This document shows, piece by piece, positions 52,760-61,658 of a stretch of 64,000 nt of DNA. Each line of letters starts with the position of its first letter. The first letter of the stretch is position 1. This DNA is from Deltaproteobacteria bacterium (GTDB taxonomy: Bacteria; Desulfobacterota; BSN033; UBA1163), in assembly GCA_037444165.1 (NCBI GenBank), contig JBBIMX010000001.1, positions 1,026 through 65,025 of the forward strand. The letters are read 5' to 3'. The notes under the pieces are model-generated. The model was not told the DNA's origin. It worked only from the letters and a program-made list of their open reading frames with translations, and did no database searches. The position numbers and the translations under genes are program-made.

Positions 52760-54067
52760 TTACCTTCCCATCATGCTGGGTAAAAAAAGGGCTATTTTAG
52801 GAAAAATCGTGATCAGGACTACTACCACAATCATCGAAAAAAGGAAAGGCATCGCTCCCCGGAAGATCGTCTCCATGGGAACATCCTTCACGACTCCAGC
52901 AAGGGTGTATACATTTAATCCCACAGGAGGGGTAATCAATCCTGCCTCCATCATGATCACACAGATCACTCCGAACCAAATGGGATCAAAGCCAAGCGTC
53001 TTAATCACCGGGAAAATGACAGGCATGGTCAGAACCATCATGGAAATAGCATCTAAAAAGCAACCCATAAATAGATAAATCAGCACGATGATGGAAAGGA
53101 TGAAATATCGAGAAACCTCAAGACTCGCCATCCAGTTTGAGACAGCCATCGGAATGGTTGAGAGGGCAAGAAAGTAACTAAAAACATTGGCTCCGGCTAC
53201 CAAAAAGAGGACAAGGACAGAAATTCGAGTGGCCTCCAATAAAGAGGTCGTAAGAGTTTTTAGAGTCAATTTTCCCTTTAAAAGAATGATTATAAAAAGG
53301 GCGGTTGCCCCGATTGCTCCTGCTTCCGTAGGATTGATAAAGCCAAGATATATCCCTCCCATGACAATGAGAAATACCAGAAGGGTCTCCCATATTCCGG
53401 AAAGGGCAAGAATCTTTTCCTTCAAACTGATCTCCCCAGAAGTGGCGGGGGCTAAATGAGGGTTAAGTTTGACTTGGATTACAATGATGAGAATAAAAGC
53501 CAAAGAAAGAAGGGCTCCTGGAAAGATACCCGAGATTAAGAGTTTTCCGATAGACTGTTCGGTCAGCATCCCATAGACCACAAACCCTAAAGAGGGGGGA
53601 ATGAGAAAGCTAAGGGTTCCTCCTGCAGCGACCACTCCGACTGCCAATTTGGGATCGTAGCGAAATCGTCTCATCTCCGGAATGGCGATTGTTCCCATGG
53701 CTGCAGAGGCGGCTACAGAAGAACCACTGAGGGCTGCAAAGAAGGCACAGGCAGCAATGGTTGCAATCCCTAATCCGCCAGGCCATTTTCGAAACCACTT
53801 ATCGAAGGATTCATAGAGTTCACGGGTAATCCCTGCACCCCCTGCAAATCCGCCCATCAGGATGAAGAGAGGGATGATGGTATAAGGATAATGGGAGGCG
53901 GTTTCATAAAGGGTCTTGGCCACAACGGGCAGGGCAGCATGGATGGAGGTTAAATAACTGATGCCTAAAAACCCCACAAACATCATGACAAAGGCAATGG
54001 GCATTCCAAGAAAGAGCAAGAAGACCAACACCCCACTGCCAATGATTCCAATCGTAATTGGACTCAC
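52760..54067 (-). CDS. dctM: TRAP transporter large permease
   Basis: 435-aa polytopic DctM-family protein. Confidence 0.85.
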   Translation of the reverse strand: MSPITIGIIGSGVLVFLLFLGMPIAFVMMFVGFLGISYLTSIHAALPVVAKTLYETASHYPYTIIPLFILMGGFAGGAGITRELYESFDKWFRKWPGGLGIATIAACAFFAALSGSSVAASAAMGTIAIPEMRRFRYDPKLAVGVVAAGGTLSFLIPPSLGFVVYGMLTEQSIGKLLISGIFPGALLSLAFILIIVIQVKLNPHLAPATSGEISLKEKILALSGIWETLLVFLIVMGGIYLGFINPTEAGAIGATALFIIILLKGKLTLKTLTTSLLEATRISVLVLFLVAGANVFSYFLALSTIPMAVSNWMASLEVSRYFILSIIVLIYLFMGCFLDAISMMVLTMPVIFPVIKTLGFDPIWFGVICVIMMEAGLITPPVGLNVYTLAGVVKDVPMETIFRGAMPFLFSMIVVVVLITIFPKIALFLPSMMGR

Positions 54068-54552
54068 TTTTCGTCCCTTTTCAGCTTTTTTATAAAATCG
54101 ATTAGATCCATCATCAGTTCGAGCCAGAGCAGAAAGCCCCCAATGGCTACAAGGAGTCGAAAAGGAGATTGAGGAATTCTCAACATGTCTGAGACCGTTC
54201 GTTCTCTAATTCCCTCAACCCATCCCTGCCAGACGAGAATGGTGATAATAAAGAGACTGAGGAGCGTGGTCATAATCCTGCAAAGGGTTCGAACTCGGGG
54301 AGATAACCGATTAATAATAAAATCCACTCCTACATGCCCTTTCACCTGTTGGGTATAAGCAGCCCCTAAAAGAATAAACACCGCTAACATATATTCGGAT
54401 AATTCGAAGGTCCCAGGGATGGTTTTGGAAAGAAATTTTCTCCCCAAAACATCCCCTGTAGTTAACAACATCAATGGAAGGAGAAGAAACATCCCGGCCA
54501 TACACACACATAAATTGAATCGCTGGATCAGTTTCCTCATCTTTACAGTCAA
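54064..54552 (-). CDS. dctQ: TRAP transporter small permease
   Basis: 162 aa with four TM helices; 4-nt overlap with dctM. Confidence 0.8.
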   Translation of the reverse strand: MTVKMRKLIQRFNLCVCMAGMFLLLPLMLLTTGDVLGRKFLSKTIPGTFELSEYMLAVFILLGAAYTQQVKGHVGVDFIINRLSPRVRTLCRIMTTLLSLFIITILVWQGWVEGIRERTVSDMLRIPQSPFRLLVAIGGFLLWLELMMDLIDFIKKLKRDEK

Positions 54553-54634
54553 TTCACTTTAGGGTGAGTAAAATTTCACAATTAAACCCAAATTGAAGGG
54601 GCGATTCATGTCGCCCCTCCTTTGGTGATAAATT

Positions 54635-55705
54635 CTATTTCGCCCATTCCTTTGGAAAAGCAACCACCTTCACACCCCTCTTCTCGCATTCTTGGTTGAA
54701 CATCTTGACGGTCTCTTTTGCAGGAAGCCCTTTACTTTCCAAACCGGCTACCCATTTCCTTGTCTCCTCTCTGAACCCTTCATACCATCTTTCTGCTTCC
54801 TCTGCTGGAAGGGTGTAAAGATTGACCCCTTTATCCGCAATTTCTTTCATCATTACCTTATAGACCTCTCGAGTCAGTCCTCCTGTTGTTCTAAAAGGAT
54901 TACGTCCTAACGATTCTATAATTGCCTTATGTTCCTCAGGCAACTTTTTCCAGCTCTCCATATTCATCACTACGCCCTCGGTCACACATCCAAATGTAGC
55001 AATCACCCCATGTTTCACGACCTCCTGGAGCTTAAAACTCAGAAGGATAGGAGGACATGTTACAAGGCCATCTATGGTCCCTGTCTCCATAGCCAGATAG
55101 ACATCTCCCAGAGGCATGAAAATAGGCTCTGCACCTAATGATTTGATATAATTGGTTTGATGTCCTCCTGGAGTTCTTATCTTCAGTCCTTTAGTATCTG
55201 CTAATGAACGGATGGGTTTTTTTGTCCACAAAAAGGATTGGATGCAACCGTTCAATTCGATCATTTTCACATCTTTGAATTCTCTATGGAGCATTCTTTC
55301 GTACATCGCGTTACCGATATCCACAGCGAGGTCTTTTCCGTCCACCCAGGCGGCCAATGAGAGAACATCCGAAAGAGGAAAACGTCCCGGCGTCCAGGTG
55401 GCGGTGAAGTATCCCATGTCTGAAAGTCCTTTGGCTACAATATCAAAGTGTTCAGGCCCTTTTCCTAAGGCTGCACCTGCATACATCGTGTATGAAATTT
55501 TTCCACCACTTTTCTTCTTCATCTCCTCAAGCATGGGCTCCCAAACCGTCTTTACCTCTCGACCCGCAGGTGCATGCCAGGTGCTAAAACGGATATGGGT
55601 GGTCTGGGCAAAGGAGAGTTCATAAATACCACCCCCCAATCCTAAAGCCATACCTCCAATAATCGATCCCTTTAAAAAATTCCTTCTCGTTAGTCCCTCA
55701 CACAT
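54635..55705 (-). CDS. dctP: TRAP transporter substrate-binding protein with Tat signal
   Basis: RRNFLKGSIIGGMALGL twin-arginine signal plus a DctP-family fold. Confidence 0.8.
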   Translation of the reverse strand: MCEGLTRRNFLKGSIIGGMALGLGGGIYELSFAQTTHIRFSTWHAPAGREVKTVWEPMLEEMKKKSGGKISYTMYAGAALGKGPEHFDIVAKGLSDMGYFTATWTPGRFPLSDVLSLAAWVDGKDLAVDIGNAMYERMLHREFKDVKMIELNGCIQSFLWTKKPIRSLADTKGLKIRTPGGHQTNYIKSLGAEPIFMPLGDVYLAMETGTIDGLVTCPPILLSFKLQEVVKHGVIATFGCVTEGVVMNMESWKKLPEEHKAIIESLGRNPFRTTGGLTREVYKVMMKEIADKGVNLYTLPAEEAERWYEGFREETRKWVAGLESKGLPAKETVKMFNQECEKRGVKVVAFPKEWAK

Positions 55706-55867
55706 TTTTTATTCCTCCTTTCTTTTTCTCTCGATGGGTGAGAGAATAGAATGTTGAATAAGAATAGACCATCTTTTTTAAAATATTCGATTTTCAAAAA
55801 ATTTTCAACAAAATTTTGCCCTAAATGGGTAATCCCTCACTGAAGGTTAAGATTTTGCCTTTTTATA

Positions 55868-56587
55868 TCATCTTGCCAGGGTGAGTAACTTTATTCCCTT
55901 AATCTCTTTGAATGTAGCCCCTTCACTGATAGATCGAATGACTCGGTCTGTGTCAATTACTTTTGAGCCACAGATGGCATTTATCCCATGGTCAAACAGA
56001 ACAGGAGATAGAGGGGATGTGGGGCCAATCAAAACAACGAAAGCCTTTCTACAGAGAGCAAGAAGATCCTCCAAGGTATGATTGATAAAGGCCGTCCCTG
56101 TAATTCCTACCACCTCACACTGAGGCAATATTCGGTCTGCCTCACTTGCAGGTAAGTCCCCTGCCCGCACTCTCTGTTCAAGAACCCATAAGTCTTTTAT
56201 TCTTTCCCTTAATTTCATAATCCATGGAAAGTGGCCCACAATCGCCACCTTCTTTCCCTCTCCCTTTTCGAGAATAATCTCAAAAGCATTTTTCTCCACA
56301 CACGATGATTCCTCAATATCGATTAATGAATTGATCGTGGCCATCCCTATGGAAGCCTCCAACAAATGGTCCGACTTAGCATATTCGGCTAATTCTAATG
56401 CCATCTTTTGAGTAAGGCGCCCAACATCCCTCACACCTCGATCATGGGGAATCCCTTCATCCCTGAAAGTCGAGGAAAGACCACAGTGTTTACTCACTAC
56501 GGCAGTCCAAAAGACACAGGTATGGACGGACTTAACTGGAACCTCATTTCCTTTAAGGCTCATCAGGAGGTCATCAAGTATTTTCAT
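55868..56587 (-). CDS. DUF364/DUF4213 Rossmann-like protein (putative metal/cofactor-handling)
   Basis: 239 aa; family call by pattern. This family typically neighbours molybdoenzyme genes. Confidence 0.45.
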   Translation of the reverse strand: MKILDDLLMSLKGNEVPVKSVHTCVFWTAVVSKHCGLSSTFRDEGIPHDRGVRDVGRLTQKMALELAEYAKSDHLLEASIGMATINSLIDIEESSCVEKNAFEIILEKGEGKKVAIVGHFPWIMKLRERIKDLWVLEQRVRAGDLPASEADRILPQCEVVGITGTAFINHTLEDLLALCRKAFVVLIGPTSPLSPVLFDHGINAICGSKVIDTDRVIRSISEGATFKEIKGIKLLTLAR

Positions 56588-56692
56588 TCCATCACCTCGA
56601 TAATAATCTCACGGCAATCATCTACACCCATTTTTTACCATGAGATTCACTCATGGTTTTGATGGATGCTCCCAATAGCGAGAAAATTTTTC

Positions 56693-57127
56693 TCAACCTT
56701 CGATGAGTTGAATCGGATCCCCGATTTTTACTTCCCCGCTTTCTATAACCTTACAAAAAATACCCTCTTTAGGTAAGATAGAATATCCCTGATAATAGTA
56801 GGTGTGGGCTTTGGAGGGATCCTTTCCAATCTGAATGACTTCGAGCTTTGCCTCACCCACCTTCAAACGGGTACCTACGGGAAGATGGGTTAACTCCATT
56901 CCTTCAGTGGTGATATTCTCTGCAAAACACCCAGGCCCTGCCGAAATGGCCTTCTCTTTACAAAGCCTCTGGATACTCTCAATAGCAAGAAGGCTTACCT
57001 CCTTCTCTGTCCCGGCGTGAGAATCACCCACTAATCCAACCCCTTTTTGGAGAAGACCTCGCCCAACATTCCTCTTTGGTTCAGTTCGTTTTTGACTCAG
57101 GCAGACACCGATGACCTTTCCTTCCAT
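56693..57127 (-). CDS. MOSC domain-containing protein
   Basis: 144 aa with GLVGDSHAG and a conserved Cys, a typical MOSC beta-barrel pattern. Confidence 0.65.
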   Translation of the reverse strand: MEGKVIGVCLSQKRTEPKRNVGRGLLQKGVGLVGDSHAGTEKEVSLLAIESIQRLCKEKAISAGPGCFAENITTEGMELTHLPVGTRLKVGEAKLEVIQIGKDPSKAHTYYYQGYSILPKEGIFCKVIESGEVKIGDPIQLIEG

Positions 57128-57159
57128 AAAGTCTCCTTAGATCGGTTAAAAAAGGAAGG

Positions 57160-57936
57160 TTATTTTCCTTTCCATTGAGGCTTTCGTTTTTCTATGAAGG
57201 CTTTAACTCCCTCATGGGCATCTTCAGTGGTGCATAACCTGGCCATGATTTCCCGGTGAAGCGCGAACTTCTGTTGAAATGGAAGATCGATCATTTCGTA
57301 GTAGAATTGTTTTCCCATCCGGAGGGCCAGAGGGCTTTTAGAGATGAGTTTTTTAGCAAACACAAGAGTTTCTTCTTCCAGCATTTCAGGGGGGACCACT
57401 CTATTCACTAACCCCAAACGTTCTGCTTCTTTGGCATCGATCATCTCTCCACTTAAAAGCATCTCCAAGGTTTTTTTCTTACCGATACCATAGCTCATGG
57501 GAATGAGAGGCCCCGTACAGAGCAATCCAACGTTGATCGCGGTGGTCCCAAGTTTGGCATCCTCTGCCATGATGGCAAAATCCGCAGCGGCCACCAATCC
57601 GGCACCATTAGCCACTGCATATCCGTGGACCATGGCGATCACAGGTTTTACCATCGAGGCGATAGTCAGGTGCATCTGATCCATGAGGGCAAGCCATTGA
57701 GGATATTCAGAAGGGGCTATCTCCAGAAACTCATTCACATCGATTCCCGTTGAAAAAACTTTACCTGCTCCCTTAATGATCACGACCCGGACTTCGATCT
57801 CCTCATCCAATTGTTTTAAAGCGAGATGAAGTTCTTCAGCCATTTGGCTGTTAAAGGTATTGAACTTTTGTGGACGATTGAGGGTAATGATACCGATTTG
57901 GTCTCTCTTTTCGATTAGAATTGTTTTAAAAGGCAT
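57160..57936 (-). CDS. enoyl-CoA hydratase/isomerase (crotonase) family protein
   Basis: 258 aa with a crotonase fold and oxyanion-hole region. Confidence 0.8.
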   Translation of the reverse strand: MPFKTILIEKRDQIGIITLNRPQKFNTFNSQMAEELHLALKQLDEEIEVRVVIIKGAGKVFSTGIDVNEFLEIAPSEYPQWLALMDQMHLTIASMVKPVIAMVHGYAVANGAGLVAAADFAIMAEDAKLGTTAINVGLLCTGPLIPMSYGIGKKKTLEMLLSGEMIDAKEAERLGLVNRVVPPEMLEEETLVFAKKLISKSPLALRMGKQFYYEMIDLPFQQKFALHREIMARLCTTEDAHEGVKAFIEKRKPQWKGK

Positions 57937-57952
57937 AACCCTTCTCCTTTTT

Positions 57953-58876
57953 TTATTTATTAAAAATTGGAACAGTGGCGGTCCCTCGAAGCACTTTTTC
58001 TCCCCGTTGATTCTTAACTAGGATGTCCAATATTAAAGAAACTTCTTTTTCTTTGGTTTTCCTTTCTTTGACTTGTATTCGGGTTCGCGCCGTATCTCCG
58101 GGTCTTAAGGGATGAAGAAATTGAATGTCCATTTCACCATGGTGGACCCATTCCCAAGGGAAAACGGCCATCAATGATTCAGAAATATAAGCCACACTCA
58201 TTAACCCATGGGCAATGATCCCTCCAAAAGGGGTGGATCTTGCATATTCCTCATCCACATGGATTGGATTTCCAATTCCCAGGATTTCTTCATACTGTTT
58301 AATTTTCTCTATGGTGATTCTCTTTATCAAAGAGGGAAGGGAATCACCGATTTTCCATTCTTGAGTGGGTGAAATGGAACTATGGGTGATTGGGAGGGGT
58401 TGACTTTTAAATGGTGACATCTTTGAGGTTTGACTCTTTTTAACTTCCTTTTCTAAATTTTTCCATACCGAAGTGGATTCGCTCCATACCACAAGTTCTC
58501 CGCGTTGATTCCTGCTGTGGCTAGTGAAAGTGAGGAACCAATCCCCCGCTTTCTTTACTTTTTGAGTAAGCTCCGCTTGAATCGTGATCTGGTCTCCTGG
58601 GTACATGGGTCCATAAAATCTGAATTTTTGTTGGAGATGGATTCCTCCAGGCGAAGGATTCCAATCAGTTCGATAGGCCTTCAAAATAAATAAACTTGCA
58701 ATAGTAGGAGGGGCGATGATTCCCCCAAAAGGACCGGAGGAGGCTTTTGATGAATCTCTATGAAAGAAATTGAAGTCCTCCACCACATTTACATATTTAA
58801 AAATTATCTCTTCGGAAATAGAATATAAGAGAGGCGAGAAGCGACGACCCACAGGGATCTGTTTAAAAAAGTCCAA
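57953..58876 (-). CDS. MaoC-like (R)-specific enoyl-CoA hydratase/dehydratase, double hot-dog
   Basis: 307 aa with two MaoC-like halves. Confidence 0.7.
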   Translation of the reverse strand: MDFFKQIPVGRRFSPLLYSISEEIIFKYVNVVEDFNFFHRDSSKASSGPFGGIIAPPTIASLFILKAYRTDWNPSPGGIHLQQKFRFYGPMYPGDQITIQAELTQKVKKAGDWFLTFTSHSRNQRGELVVWSESTSVWKNLEKEVKKSQTSKMSPFKSQPLPITHSSISPTQEWKIGDSLPSLIKRITIEKIKQYEEILGIGNPIHVDEEYARSTPFGGIIAHGLMSVAYISESLMAVFPWEWVHHGEMDIQFLHPLRPGDTARTRIQVKERKTKEKEVSLILDILVKNQRGEKVLRGTATVPIFNK

Positions 58877-59291
58877 TATTTTCTTTCCCCTTTCTCCCCA
58901 TTAGATAATCATCCAAATTCCGAGAGCAAGAGCTTTGAAGTACATCACGACAAAGCGAATAGGCTCCGAAAAGATCTAAACGGTCGAGAATAGGAGACCC
59001 AACCCTAGATCCTGAAAGGGCAATAAGAACCAGTGCTATTGGGCCGATATCTGAATAACAATGAGAGGCCTCTGCCCGAAGACGGAGTGAGTTGAAGGCC
59101 TTTGCCCTCTTTACTTCAAAGCGTGAGACAATAACAATCGCAATAAGGATAGCGGATAAACTAAAGAAAGAAAAGTAGAAATGATTTGGGATTAAGGGCC
59201 TTTCTACCTTGAAAACATTAAGGGTTGCTGCAGAGATACATCGGTCTTTATTAGATGCAAGAGAGAAATGGACCATCCCCATTAAATCCAC
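58863..59291 (-). CDS. hypothetical small membrane protein (questionable)
   Basis: 142-aa ORF filling an otherwise 420-nt gap; two hydrophobic segments and no recognisable family. Confidence 0.25.
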   Translation of the reverse strand: MDLMGMVHFSLASNKDRCISAATLNVFKVERPLIPNHFYFSFFSLSAILIAIVIVSRFEVKRAKAFNSLRLRAEASHCYSDIGPIALVLIALSGSRVGSPILDRLDLFGAYSLCRDVLQSSCSRNLDDYLMGRKGKENIGLF

Positions 59292-59299
59292 CCTTTTTC

Positions 59300-60690
59300 T
59301 CAGCTCTTGTCGCCATGGACTCTTTCCTGATGGAGTTTCTTTCCGGCTTGCTCGGCTGCAATTAAAATTGGGTCTAAAGGGGCAGAAAAAGGAGGTGCAT
59401 AAGCAAAATCGAGTCTCGAAATTTCATCGATCGTCATTTTTTGATGGAGAGCGACTGCCAATGCATTGATCCTCCTCGCCACCCCCTCCTTGCCCGCCAT
59501 CTGAGCTCCTAATAGTCTCCCATTTCTCTGATCAAAGATTAACTTAATGAGCATTCTTTTTGATCCAGGCATATATCCCACCTTTGATTCAGCTTCAATC
59601 ATCTGTGACTCCGCATCGAAACCGTATCGCTTGGCAACTTGAAAGCCTAAACCTGTAAAGGCGACCTCCAGTTCAAATACCTTGAAAGCAGCCGATCCCA
59701 CCACTCCATGAAATGTGGCTTTACCCCCTGCAGCATTTTCGCCCGCGACCCTTCCCTGTTTATTGGCAATATCTCCCAATGGGGTATGGACCCAATCTTG
59801 GCTTATTAGATTAAAGACTTCACAACAATCTCCTGCCGTATAGATATCTTTAAGATTTGTCTTTTGAGAAAAATCCGTCCTTATCGCTCCTGTCTTTCCA
59901 AGCTCAATCCCTGCCTCTCGGGCCATTTCAACATTAGGCACTACACCGATAGCCATCAGGACCATATCCGTAGAATACTCTCCTTTTGTGGTTTCAACAG
60001 ACGTCACTTCTCCATGGCCATTTAGATGAAAGGCTACGGGTTCTTGATTGGGGAGGAAGTGGACTCCACTTTCTTGAAGCTCCTTCAATATCCTTTCTGA
60101 GATCTCTCTTTCAAGATTTCCAGCCGGTAAGTCCCTACGACAGAATAAAAAGGTTTCTATCCCCCTCGATCTGAAAGCTTCGCACATCTCAAGGCCAATA
60201 AACCCTCCTCCAAGGACAGAAACCCGTTTAGGTCTTGTTTCATCTATATAGGTTTTGATACGGATCCCATCTTGAATATCCTTCAGGGTGAAAATGTTCA
60301 TGGCATTGCTTCCAGGAAGGTTGAGACGTCTGGATCGGCCCCCAGTAGCAATGATGAGTTTGTCGTAAGAAAAACATTGAGTTTCGGATTTGGATAGGTC
60401 AATGACTTCGATTCTTTTCTCTTGCGGATCAATTTGAGTCACCCGATGTTCTATCAGAACATCGATATCCTGCATCTCTTTAAATTGTTGTGGGGTTCGA
60501 ACTATCAATTTTTTTTGATCTTTGATTACATCACCGATGTAATAAGGAGTTTCTCAGGATCCATAGGATATAAATCTTCCCTGCTCGAACAGGGTAACTT
60601 CCAGCTCAGGATTGACTCGCTTGGCTCGGGCCGCTGCACTGGGACCTGCCGCTGAACCTCCAATAATAAGAAGTTTCTCTTTTCTTGGCA
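59300..60690 (-). CDS. FAD-dependent pyridine nucleotide-disulfide oxidoreductase (CoA-disulfide reductase / NADH oxidase family); probable selenoprotein with an apparent N-terminal 1-nt frameshift
   Basis: ATG at 60690 with an AGGAG ribosome-binding site. A canonical N-terminus MPRKEKLLIIGGSAAGPSAAARAKR is recovered only if one G is restored near 60660. An in-frame TGA at 60556..60554 aligns with the catalytic Cys of CoADR (SFANCALPYVIG versus SYGS-U-ETPYYIG). An 8-bp stem-loop (ATTACATCggtGATGTAAT) starts 11 nt downstream. The remaining 402-aa ORF is typical of this family. Confidence 0.6.
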
Positions 60691-60747
60691 TATTCCACTC
60701 CTTCCCTTTAAACTCGATGATTATTCAAACCCAACTTATTGAGTTAA

Positions 60748-60787
60748 CTTCCCATGACCGCTTTGTCACCCACAAACGATAAAAATC
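60748..60787. repeat. roughly 40-nt dispersed repeat, copy 2
   Basis: cttcccatgaccgctttgtcacccacaaacgataaaaatc; lies in the prx-CoADR intergenic region, 58 nt upstream of the CoADR-like start. Confidence 0.5.
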
Positions 60788-60863
60788 ATTTTCAGGGTAC
60801 CCTTTTCCCTTCCCCTCTTCTTCATCCTAAATATTTACGAAAAGAAGAGAGGAAGGGAAATAA

Positions 60864-61586
60864 TTAAAAAGCCATCTCTGGTTTCCAGACCTTCCATACC
60901 TTCCCTGCTAAGTCAGGACCGGGTTTCAAGGTTGGTTTTCCTGGCTGCCAACCAGAAGGCATGACCTCTCCTGTGGCACGTACATGTTGAAAGGCTTTGA
61001 TCTGTCTGATCAGTTCAGTCACATTTCGCCCTACTGGTGGGGTTAATATCTCCATGGCCTGAATGATCCCATCCGGATCAATTAAAAACCGACCTCGAAT
61101 ATCTACCCCTACCTCCTCATCATATACCCCATAAACTTTGCCAATCCGGCCACCACTGTCTGAAAGCATTGGAAATGGAACTCCACCAGGGACCATTTTC
61201 GAGAGTTCCTCTTCCTGCCAAATCTTATGAGTAAATCGGCTATCCGTACTTAGCGAAATCACCTCTACTCCAAGAGACTTAATCTCATTGTATTTGGCGG
61301 CAACTGCCGACAATTCTGTTGGTCAAACGAATGTGAAATCACCAGGATAAAAACAGAGAATCACCCACTTTCCCCTATAATCCGAAAGTTTAATATTTTT
61401 GAATCCTCCATCTATATAAGCACTTGCCTCGAAATCAGGGGCTGGCTTCCCAACTTGAGCTATCACTTTAAACTCCTCCCTTCTTATTGGACTTGGATAA
61501 GGGGTTTCAGTCTCAGGAACAATCGGTCCCTTTGCCGGCTCTACACACGAATCTTTAGCCTCTCCCATTGGCATTCCTCCTTTCAT
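60864..61586 (-). CDS. 2-Cys peroxiredoxin (AhpC/Prx1 family), selenocysteine-containing
   Basis: The two ORFs 61323..61586 and 60864..61313 are one frame-continuous gene interrupted only by TGA at 61325..61323. This gives ...[35 protein letters not shown]..., placing the TGA exactly at the peroxidatic Cys of the FTFVCPTE motif. A resolving-Cys-region homolog lies downstream. Confidence 0.75.
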
Positions 61587-61658
61587 CTAAAATTTCAGAA
61601 ATGAAAACCTTCATAAAGAGTTCTGAGGTCATGAAAGCCCCTAAAATCCATCATTTCG

